Shown in pieces: positions 1 through 7,320 of a stretch of 32,000 nt of DNA (the first letter of the stretch is position 1; each line of letters begins with the position of its first letter). Position numbers and translations under genes: made by a program. The notes under the pieces were generated by a model. The model was not told the origin of the DNA and searched no databases. It saw only the letters and a list, made by a program, of their open reading frames with translations. Source of the stretch: Candidatus Saccharimonadota bacterium (GTDB taxonomy: Bacteria; Patescibacteriota; Saccharimonadia; Saccharimonadales; Saccharimonadaceae); NCBI GenBank assembly GCA_016700015.1, contig CP064995.1, positions 540,001 through 572,000 on the forward strand, given 5' to 3'.

Positions 1-519
1 CAAGTAGACAAGATGGAACCCGAGCGCCACTGGCCCCGGGTCCAACTTTGGGAAGGGCATACCGCTCGCATCGGACGGGATCGAGCTGGGGCCAATCTTG
101 TTAACCGCCTCTGTCAGTCCAACCTTCATGCTGAGCACATAGGTATTGATCTTCCACATCGGTACTGCGAAAGCTCCGGTGAGAAGTACGGCAATACCAA
201 TTTGCGGAAGCTTGTCAAGGACACGCCCCCACAGGAAAATCGCGAGACATACGGCGCAGAAAAACACATTGAACGCGACATAGTTAGAAAGGGGCCAAAC
301 TTGCTCAAACATTGTCTGAGCCCAGTCGGCGTGTCCCAGCAATTTTGCCGGCTCGGTAAGGGCGGTGCTGATGAAGTTGTTTAGCTTCGTACACCACTCC
401 CACACACTTTCGGACCATCCTTCAGTAGGATCGAGAGGGTTTGCCGGGGTGAATGCCGTAAGCAATAGCACGACCGGAAGCACTCCAGCTATGCCTAGCT
501 TGCGCCTTGACCATGCCAT
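1..519 (-). CDS. Polytopic membrane protein, C-terminal part cut by the window edge (possibly a VirB6/TrbL-like channel component)
   Basis: Absent from the supplied ORF track because it runs off the left edge. Minus-strand ATG at 517-519 with AAGGAG (rc of 527-532) 7 nt upstream. The frame stays open to position 1 (173 codons): MAWSRRKLGIAGVLPVVLLLTAFTPANPL... It has a signal-like N-terminus followed by hydrophobic helices (NYVAFNVFFCAVCLAIFLW, IGIAVLLTGAFAVPMW). The functional label is inferred from context only. Confidence 0.6.
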   Translation of the reverse strand, partial: MAWSRRKLGIAGVLPVVLLLTAFTPANPLDPTEGWSESVWEWCTKLNNFISTALTEPAKLLGHADWAQTMFEQVWPLSNYVAFNVFFCAVCLAIFLWGRVLDKLPQIGIAVLLTGAFAVPMWKINTYVLSMKVGLTEAVNKIGPSSIPSDASGMPFPKLDPGPVALGFHLVYL

Positions 520-587
520 TTCAGTACTCCTTATCTATCAAAAAGTGGAGAGGGGCCGACGGCAAAACGCCGCCGACCCCGAACTTA

Positions 588-905
588 CTAACAGCCCGCG
601 CCAGGCAATAGGTTGGTGTTTGCCGCAAGCGCCGTCGCCACGACAATCATCAACAGCGAAATCCCAATCCCCTTCAAGAGAACAGGGATCTTCTTCGAGA
701 AAGCCAAGGGGATACCGATGGCAAACGCGATGACGATGAGGATCTTGCCGACCGTCACCGACGTACCGAAGATCTCACCCGCGAGCAACTTGAAGGTTGG
801 CTTCAGGCTATCCGCGACGCCGCACTGCGGCGTGATCACATCGGCCGGCAGTCCTGCCAGCTGTGTCTGCACATGGGCCGCAGCCCAAATCGTTGGAGAG
901 AACAT
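588..905 (-). CDS. Small two-TM protein, TrbC/VirB2-pilin-like
   Basis: 105 aa. GAAAGGA (rc of 911-917) lies 5 nt before the ATG, and the start is 15 nt after the stop of the upstream gene. The C-terminal two thirds form two hydrophobic helices separated by a short basic loop (KILIVIAFAIGIPLAF-SKK-IPVLLKGIGISLLMIVVATALAA), preceded by an amphipathic segment. This is the general layout of T4SS pilins. Family assignment is by eye. Confidence 0.5.
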   Translation of the reverse strand: MFSPTIWAAAHVQTQLAGLPADVITPQCGVADSLKPTFKLLAGEIFGTSVTVGKILIVIAFAIGIPLAFSKKIPVLLKGIGISLLMIVVATALAANTNLLPGAGC

Positions 906-920
906 GGTTGTCCTTTCGGG

Positions 921-2465
921 TCAGTACTCGTCGACGACGAGTGGGGCGGGTTCTTTGAAATCGTCCGGGACAGTAATGCCCTGGGCGCGTGCTGACTCTT
1001 CGAAAATCGCCACAGCGATAGCCAAGAAGTCACGGGCAGTACCCTGGTCAATCTCATTCAGATCGACCGGTGCCACGTCTTCACGAGCGATATACGGATC
1101 AAACCGAACAGTCAGTCCAGTACCAGCCCACTTGGGGACAGCTGGCGCATTAGCGTCTTGGACCTGTGCTCGAGTGAGTTCTTCGAAATCAACCGGTGGG
1201 TCACTGGGTCGAACTCCTGTCACCACAACAATCGAACGACGAACCTTTTCGCGCGTCGAGATCTTCTCCCCTGGTAGTGCCGAAGCATCAGCAAGCCGAG
1301 AAGTGCCGTCATGGTGGTCTGTATTGTAGCCGGCCATGGTCTTGGTGAGCGTTTGTAGCGAGATAGGTGTCGGGGCCATGCCCACAAACACCAGTACGTC
1401 GCTAAAACGCGTCGCTGCCACCGGCACGCTGCCAAACTCGACATTGTCATTACCGTGATCCAGGACGATCATGCCGGTGCTTTGGTAGAGCCCGCGCACG
1501 AGCGCAGTGAACTGATCGGTATTGTAGTTACCGGCATCCACCACAACGCTATTGGCGTCTTCGCTGACAATCCCCAGCCCGTGAGGGGTAATGGGAATAT
1601 ACGGCGAAAGCGCACGATAGGTGTTGAGCGATCCGATATCCTTGTTCAACTTACCAACCGGCAACATCGTCCGGACATCAATCCCTGCCATGATGGCCAG
1701 AGTACTGGTAGCCGTGTTGAGCGTCGCCGGCATGATGACGCCATTGATACGCGTCTTCTCGGTCACCGATGATGCGACATAAAGTCCCACCGTCGACTTG
1801 CCACCCGACTTGATGTTACAAAACGACACCACGGGACGAATCCCAAAGTTCGTCAGCAACCGCAAGCGATTGGTAAACCGCTCAGTCTGCGCAGCCTCTT
1901 GCGCCACGCGTGCTTCCTCATAACGGGCAGCCCAGAACTTCTGGAACGTGGCAAGTTCAGCAGCATTCAGCTGACGCACCAGCGGCTTCTTGACACGCAA
2001 CAGCTTGCGCAGGCGCACATCCCAGCCGAGGCACGGACCAAGTCCGCCTTCGGTCGCCGGAATGGCAGGGTTATCGGCCCGCTTCAGCCGCGCCTCTTGC
2101 TCCTTGGGGGAGTGGTTGGCGCGCACATCGGCGGTCGATTCCTGCTGCTGCGGCAAGCCATAGCTGGCTTCAGCGCGCTCACGGCTAAGGAGCGAACGCG
2201 TCACCACAACAGCGGCAACAAGTCCGAACACGACAACCGAAAACGGCCAGAGCAAGCGCGTGAACCACGAAACTGCCGCAAGGAGTGCAAGCACTACCAC
2301 AGCGACAAAAGTCGGGTTGAGTTGGATACGACGTTTGGTCAACCGCATCCTCCGGGTTTCGGGGATGGTTGGTGACGAAGGGGTGGTTTGCTGAGTGGCG
2401 CGTGCATGTGCTTTCGCGTCTTGCACGACACCGACTACGCGACCCTGATCATCAGACTTTGCCAC
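921..2465 (-). CDS. Membrane-anchored protein with a ParA/MinD-like P-loop domain
   Basis: 514 aa, GTG start with AAGGAGG 7 nt upstream. The N-terminal basic region is followed by two TM helices (FVAVVVLALLAAVSWF, FSVVVFGLVAAVVV). It carries a P-loop-like CNIKSGGKSTVGLYVAS and a Walker-B-like MIVLDHGND. The P-loop is one residue shorter than the canonical KGGxGK[ST], so ATPase activity is uncertain. Confidence 0.6.
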   Translation of the reverse strand: MAKSDDQGRVVGVVQDAKAHARATQQTTPSSPTIPETRRMRLTKRRIQLNPTFVAVVVLALLAAVSWFTRLLWPFSVVVFGLVAAVVVTRSLLSRERAEASYGLPQQQESTADVRANHSPKEQEARLKRADNPAIPATEGGLGPCLGWDVRLRKLLRVKKPLVRQLNAAELATFQKFWAARYEEARVAQEAAQTERFTNRLRLLTNFGIRPVVSFCNIKSGGKSTVGLYVASSVTEKTRINGVIMPATLNTATSTLAIMAGIDVRTMLPVGKLNKDIGSLNTYRALSPYIPITPHGLGIVSEDANSVVVDAGNYNTDQFTALVRGLYQSTGMIVLDHGNDNVEFGSVPVAATRFSDVLVFVGMAPTPISLQTLTKTMAGYNTDHHDGTSRLADASALPGEKISTREKVRRSIVVVTGVRPSDPPVDFEELTRAQVQDANAPAVPKWAGTGLTVRFDPYIAREDVAPVDLNEIDQGTARDFLAIAVAIFEESARAQGITVPDDFKEPAPLVVDEY

Positions 2466-2930
2466 GAGTTTTCCTCCTTACATAAGAGTTCGTAACCATT
2501 GCTGTGATGTTAAGGTACACGAGTACCAGGAGAACCCTGGTGCTTGTCGTGTAGACACGAGCAAGCCCGAACATGCGTCCGGGTCACCACTCTGCTTTCC
2601 CACACCATCTACTCGCAGAACCGAAATCCAGACACAAAACTTGGTGTTCGCTGGTTGTTCTTGACGGGTGCACTGTGTGTATTTTTACATACATTACCAC
2701 AGAAATATATTGTCAACAAGTCTATTAATCATGTGTTATTTATGGTATTAGTATGTATTTTATTGGGGTGATTTAGCGATACTTAATGAAAATACATTCC
2801 TTGCTTTTTTATAATTTTAATTTAAAGTACGTTTACGCTGATAATTTGGGTTGCTGCGTGTTGTTTACGGCCACCCAATCGTGTATGCTTATGGTATAAC
2901 TAGCTAACAACAAAAAGGATATTCTCGTCC

Positions 2931-3443
2931 ATGAGAGACAAAATCATCATTATCGCACTTGCCACCGTACTGCTGGCATCGGTTGCCTATGCAGCCTTCT
3001 CGCGTACCCTACAGATCAACGGTACATCATCCATTAGCGGTGACTGGGACGTACATATCGACAGTATCACGCCAACCATGGGCGCCGGTACTGCCAATGC
3101 TACCGCACCGATTGTTGGAGCCGATGGACTATCGGCAACCTTCGACACAACCTTTGCATACCCAAGTGCAACCGCATCGTACGATGTTGCTATCACTAAC
3201 CATGGGAGCATAAACGCCGAGGTGAGCGCCATCCCGAGTGTCGCCGCCATCAACGCTGTCGAACCGATCGATATCGAATATCAAATCGCTGGCCCAGCCA
3301 TTGGCGACCAACTTCATGCCGGTGAAACTGTTCACGCAACAGTAACGGTACAATGGAAATCAACCAGTACTTCCAACCCATCAGTTCTATCAAAATCCAC
3401 CACCTTTAGCTACGGCTTTATCCAAAGCGCCACCCAGCCATAA
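2931..3443 (+). CDS. Secreted or membrane-anchored protein of unknown function
   Basis: 170 aa. AAAGGA lies 12 nt upstream, and a TGgTATAAC extended -10 sits at 2892-2900. The N-terminal signal/anchor is MRDKIIIIALATVLLASVAYAAFSRTLQINGT, followed by an Ala/Thr/Ser-rich, beta-rich-looking domain. A strong terminator follows directly. Confidence 0.65.
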   Translation: MRDKIIIIALATVLLASVAYAAFSRTLQINGTSSISGDWDVHIDSITPTMGAGTANATAPIVGADGLSATFDTTFAYPSATASYDVAITNHGSINAEVSAIPSVAAINAVEPIDIEYQIAGPAIGDQLHAGETVHATVTVQWKSTSTSNPSVLSKSTTFSYGFIQSATQP

Positions 3444-3463
3444 GCACTAAAATTTTTACAAAC

Positions 3464-3496
3464 AAAAACACTACGACGCGAAATCGTAGTGTTTTT
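3464..3496 (+). terminator. Rho-independent terminator (bidirectional shape)
   Basis: AAAAACACTACGA-cgcgaaa-TCGTAGTGTTTTT: a perfect 13-nt inverted repeat with the A-run and T-run forming its outer ends. Confidence 0.85.
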
Positions 3497-3507
3497 ACCG
3501 GGTAAAA

Positions 3508-3516
3508 TGCTATAGT
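3508..3516 (+). promoter_or_regulatory. Extended -10 promoter (TGcTATAGT) giving a leaderless or near-leaderless MMPL mRNA
   Basis: TGCTATAGT ends 7 nt before the ATG at 3524, and there is no Shine-Dalgarno sequence in between. Confidence 0.4.
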
Positions 3517-3523
3517 TATAGGT

Positions 3524-5767
3524 ATGGCTAAACCTCCTGTGTGGCTTCGCATATTTCTCCCCGTGTTCTTAATTATTGTCTGGTTTGCCGCCGCTGGCGT
3601 TGGTGGGCCGTACTTTGGCCGCATAGAAGAAGTATCGAGTAACGACCTTTCGACGTTTTTGCCAAAAAGCGCCGAATCAACTGCGGTCAATAATGAGCTA
3701 TCGAAATTCCAAGACAACAAAACAATCCCGGCTACCATCGTATTCGAATCGCCTCAGGCCTTGACAAGTGACGAGATGGCAATGCTAACGCAGCTCGGCG
3801 CGCAATTACAAAAAACTGATGGCGTCAACGGAACGATCAGCCCACCTATCATCGCTAAGGACGGCAAGGCCGCACTGATCGTTGTACCGCTCGACAGGGA
3901 AGCGAAACTGAAAACTGTGTTTGGTGAGCTGAAAAAAACCATCAGCAATACCGATACAAAGCTTAGCTACCATATTGGCGGCCCGGCGTCTTTCTCGCGC
4001 GACCTTCAGGTCGCATTTGGTGGTATTGACGGTACGCTACTAGTAGTGGCACTAGCGGTAGTGTTTATCATCTTGCTTATTGTCTATCGCTCCCCACTTC
4101 TACCAATGATTGTCCTTATGACCTCAATGGTAGCACTTTCAGCAGCCATTTATGTTGTGTGGCACACTGCGGACGCCGGCATCATTACTCTCAACGGACA
4201 GGTGCAGGGGATTTTGTTCATCCTCGTTATCGGTGCAACGACAGATTATTCTCTCCTGTATCTTTCGCGTCTGCGTGAAGAACTATTTAACCAACGTACG
4301 GTCCACCAAGCTACAGTAGCCTCACTCAAAGGTACCTTTGAGCCAATCCTGGCGGCCGGAGCTACCGTCATCGTCGGGCTCATGTGCCTGCTGCTTTCTG
4401 ACCTCGGCTCAAACAAAGCTCTCGGGCCAGTAGGCGGGATTGGTATCGCTATTGCAATGCTCGCCGCTCTGACATTTCTGCCAGCAGCGCTGTTACTCAT
4501 CGGCCGCAAGGCTTTCTGGCCGCGCATACCAAGCTATGATCCAGCACATATGACATCATATGCGGCGCGCCATCGTTTGTGGGCACGGGTAGGTGCAGTC
4601 GTCGCAAAACAACCAAGGCGAATCTGGACACTCACTACTGCCTGTCTACTGCTGGCATGTATAGGCTTTTTCCAACTGCGCGCCAGCGGTGTGCCGCAGA
4701 GTAGCTTAGTACTTGGCTTTTCTGAAGCACGCGAAGCCCAAAAACTTATCGACGCCCATTTTCCCGGTGGATCAGGTGTTCCCGCTGTTGTCATTACACC
4801 GTCGGGTAAGCTCGCCGATGTCGTCGCCCTCCTCGACAAAGATACTGGCATCGCATCAGTTAGCGTGGTTGCAACCGGATCACCAAGCAATACAATGCCG
4901 GTCGGCAAAGCAAGGGCCGAGCTAATGCGGACTATTGGCGATGGCGTGCGCGCCAAGCTAGCGAGTGATCCGCTGTATGTTTCACTTGACGAGCAGGGGC
5001 AGGGGAACCTCTACCGTGGGCTCCTGCTACGGGCCGACCCGTTCGCTATTGCATCACCAAAAGTCGTCGACGGTAATATCGTTCTCCAAGCGACGCTCGC
5101 CAATGAACCAGACTCAGACGCAGCCAAAGCCACGATCACACGCCTTCGCAGTGCTGTAAAGTCAGTCGATAACACGGTCCGCGTAGGTGGGGTAACCGCA
5201 CTGCAGCTCGACACTAACACAACATCACAACGCGATAGCGCCATCATCATCCCGACAATTCTATTGGCAATCACTGTCATTTTAGTTCTATTACTCCGAT
5301 CACTCGTCGCACCACTCGTTCTACTGGCCACGACAGTGTTGTCGTTTGGCTCGACGCTTGGCATCGCTGCACTCCTATTCAATCATGTTCTCAAATTCCC
5401 TGGTGCCGACCCATCGGTGGTGTTGTTTGGCTTCGTGTTCTTAGTAGCACTCGGTATCGACTACAACATATTCCTCATGACGCGTGTACGCGAGGAAACC
5501 CTCCGTAGCGGCGTGCGGAAGGGCACGCAAAAAGCGCTTGTCGTCACCGGTGGTGTTATTACTAGCGCTGGTGTGGTACTGGCAGCGACGTTTGCGGCGC
5601 TCGGTGTGATTCCCATCCTGTTCTTGGCGCAACTAGCATTTGTCGTCGCGTTCGGCGTGCTGCTTGATACTATCATCATCCGCTCACTACTCGTGCCAGC
5701 GCTCACGCTTGAAATCGGCAAACCAATGTGGTGGCCTGGTCTTAAGAAAAATAAAAGCCCCCGCTAG
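3524..5767 (+). CDS. MMPL-family (RND superfamily) membrane transporter
   Basis: 747 aa with two bundles of about six TM helices, each preceded by a large extracytoplasmic domain. Typical MMPL stretches include GGIDGTLLVVALAVVFIILLIVYRSPLLPMIVL and LGIDYNIFLMTRVREE. Confidence 0.85.
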   Translation: MAKPPVWLRIFLPVFLIIVWFAAAGVGGPYFGRIEEVSSNDLSTFLPKSAESTAVNNELSKFQDNKTIPATIVFESPQALTSDEMAMLTQLGAQLQKTDGVNGTISPPIIAKDGKAALIVVPLDREAKLKTVFGELKKTISNTDTKLSYHIGGPASFSRDLQVAFGGIDGTLLVVALAVVFIILLIVYRSPLLPMIVLMTSMVALSAAIYVVWHTADAGIITLNGQVQGILFILVIGATTDYSLLYLSRLREELFNQRTVHQATVASLKGTFEPILAAGATVIVGLMCLLLSDLGSNKALGPVGGIGIAIAMLAALTFLPAALLLIGRKAFWPRIPSYDPAHMTSYAARHRLWARVGAVVAKQPRRIWTLTTACLLLACIGFFQLRASGVPQSSLVLGFSEAREAQKLIDAHFPGGSGVPAVVITPSGKLADVVALLDKDTGIASVSVVATGSPSNTMPVGKARAELMRTIGDGVRAKLASDPLYVSLDEQGQGNLYRGLLLRADPFAIASPKVVDGNIVLQATLANEPDSDAAKATITRLRSAVKSVDNTVRVGGVTALQLDTNTTSQRDSAIIIPTILLAITVILVLLLRSLVAPLVLLATTVLSFGSTLGIAALLFNHVLKFPGADPSVVLFGFVFLVALGIDYNIFLMTRVREETLRSGVRKGTQKALVVTGGVITSAGVVLAATFAALGVIPILFLAQLAFVVAFGVLLDTIIIRSLLVPALTLEIGKPMWWPGLKKNKSPR

Positions 5768-5775
5768 GCGGGGGT
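5746..5775 (-). terminator. Rho-independent terminator for the minus-strand gene 5783-6205, overlapping the MMPL stop codon
   Basis: GCCCCCGC-tag-GCGGGGG hairpin at 5757-5774. On the minus strand it is followed by a CTTTTATTTTT run. Confidence 0.6.
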
Positions 5776-5782
5776 AAGCGCA

Positions 5783-6205
5783 TTATGCGCGATTCTGAGA
5801 ACGATGAGTAATCTTCATTGCCCAAAGGCCGTCGATTACGACCTCCCATCCCAGATGTCGCAACCGCTTAACAAAGAGATCCCGGGCAGGGAAGTACAGT
5901 GCCTCACTTTGGAGGCCCGAGCCGTCGAGCGTGAGCGTCGTTCCGGGCCCCTTGTACTGCGTTTTGAGGGCCAGCATGAAAGCTTGCACCAGCTTATCGA
6001 GGGTAATATTCACTGCTGGCTTCAGTTGCCGCCACGCCTCATCGGGCGAAGGCAACAGCTCGCACGGATCCACATCCGACACGGCGCCGGCCTGATAGGG
6101 TGGCTGGTTAAGGGGTGCATCTTGCGGTGTCACAGCCGTTCGATCTCCACTACTACCTACACCTGCGTCTTCTTCGTCACGTCGAGGCTTGCTATTGACC
6201 AACAT
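5783..6205 (-). CDS. Hypothetical protein
   Basis: 140 aa. I prefer it over the fully overlapping plus-strand ORF 5804-6229 for three reasons: a terminator directly downstream, a TTGTCA-17-TATTAT promoter upstream, and GGTGAAGG just before the ATG. No recognisable motif. Confidence 0.45.
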   Translation of the reverse strand: MLVNSKPRRDEEDAGVGSSGDRTAVTPQDAPLNQPPYQAGAVSDVDPCELLPSPDEAWRQLKPAVNITLDKLVQAFMLALKTQYKGPGTTLTLDGSGLQSEALYFPARDLFVKRLRHLGWEVVIDGLWAMKITHRSQNRA

Positions 6206-6274
6206 CCTTCACCGCCGTACTATCCCTGAGAATGAGCAAGGATTGACTCTGGTTCCGTTTACACGGTCACTCCC

Positions 6275-6303
6275 ATAATACAAAATAGATAAGCACCTGA
6301 CAA
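6275..6303 (-). promoter_or_regulatory. Sigma70-type promoter TTGTCA-17-TATTAT
   Basis: The rc of 6298-6303 is TTGTCA and the rc of 6275-6280 is TATTAT, with a 17-nt spacer. It lies about 65 nt upstream of the 6205 start. Confidence 0.4.
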
Positions 6304-6389
6304 TACGTCAACTTTATTGCATTACTATTTATTGGTGTGCTATCGTTAGTTTGTACCCCAACACCGCACATTTCATAGAGGAGGCGAGG

Positions 6390-7166
6390 ATGTCCCGCAC
6401 CAAAACTCCCGCCGACCTCGGCTGGGAATCGGATACTTGGCGACAGGTAGGCAATTGCACCGTATGGTTGGCGGTTGCTGCCGCACTCGCCGGATGGATA
6501 GGCGTGGGAATTTTTGTCGCTCTCATCACCCACGAGGTAGGGCATCTTGTTGCGGCGCGCTGGAGTGGAGCGAAAACCTTCGGCATTGCCTGTCACCCGA
6601 CTGGCATGGTGACAAGAATTTATGCTGACTACACGCCCGCCCTCGGCGCACGGCTGGCTATTGCTGGACCCTTGACTGGAGTAGTCTTGGCGCTTATTGC
6701 GCTCGCCACTACTGCCATCACCCATCAGTCAGGGCTGCTGGCCTATGCGTACATTAGCGCCTGTATCAATATTCTTGTGCTGATGCCGTATGGAGAAACC
6801 GATGGCGTACGAGTAGTCGCAGGGGTGACGCATAGCCCCAAGGCAAAACTGCGGAGTAGCGTTGCCGCCGCTCTCCTCTACACTAGCGTTATTGCCGCTA
6901 GTGTCATTGCCGCCCCGCTGATTGGGATTGGCTTTGGCATTATAGTCATAACCATGCTTGTTCGATACGGGCTCCAAAGTAGTGAGTTTGAGCACACGAG
7001 GCACATATCGGCTCGCAGCCGACTCTTCTACGGCGGCCTCTATCTTTTGACGGCAATCGTCGCAGCAGTTGTCATTCGCACTAGCCTTGAGCTAGGGAGT
7101 GCAGCTGCGGTAACAGCTATCCTAGGTAGCCACTGGCTCGGGCTCGTCGAGCTTGTAACCAACTAA
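6390..7166 (+). CDS. M50 / site-2-protease-like membrane zinc metalloprotease
   Basis: HEVGH sits inside a TM helix (FVALITHEVGHLVAA), and a second S2P-type motif is NILVLMPYGETDG (compare NxxPxxxLDG). The protein has multiple TM helices. I moved the start from the track's 6351 to the ATG at 6390, which has GAGGAGG 7 nt upstream. Confidence 0.6.
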   Translation: MSRTKTPADLGWESDTWRQVGNCTVWLAVAAALAGWIGVGIFVALITHEVGHLVAARWSGAKTFGIACHPTGMVTRIYADYTPALGARLAIAGPLTGVVLALIALATTAITHQSGLLAYAYISACINILVLMPYGETDGVRVVAGVTHSPKAKLRSSVAAALLYTSVIAASVIAAPLIGIGFGIIVITMLVRYGLQSSEFEHTRHISARSRLFYGGLYLLTAIVAAVVIRTSLELGSAAAVTAILGSHWLGLVELVTN

Positions 7167-7206
7167 CCCACGCGACGGATCGATTCGGTCGACAGCGTGG
7201 GTTTTT
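7167..7206 (+). terminator. Rho-independent terminator
   Basis: CCCACGC...GCGTGGG stem (7167-7173 / 7195-7201) followed by TTTTT. Confidence 0.6.
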
Positions 7207-7320
7207 CATGCTCCACGGAGGTACGTTACTTGTACTTGGCCTCCTTTGCCGCTATACTAGGCCATAAGCACTATTACAAAAAATAGGGGGCGAATCATAA
7301 AACCACGCCAGTTCAGCAAT

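Noticed and set aside
1-2465. Elevated GC content of the left-edge cluster and of other hypothetical genes, read as a sign of horizontal transfer.
   Set aside because: Hand counts of several 60-nt lines gave about 50-65 percent GC in these genes and about 47-63 percent in der and topA. That is no robust difference by eye. The only clear compositional contrast is between coding and AT-rich intergenic DNA. A sliding-window GC and codon-usage computation would be required.
2544-2771. 75-aa plus-strand ORF in the 2466-2930 spacer.
   Set aside because: It lies in the 5' UTR and promoter region of divergent genes, has a non-ATG start and no SD, and its second half merely translates the AT-rich promoter DNA.
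5804-6229. Plus-strand 141-aa ORF fully overlapping the minus-strand ORF 5783-6205.
   Set aside because: Only one can be real. The minus-strand ORF has a promoter, an SD-like element and a terminator in the correct orientation, while the plus-strand ORF has no visible signals. This remains a low-confidence choice.
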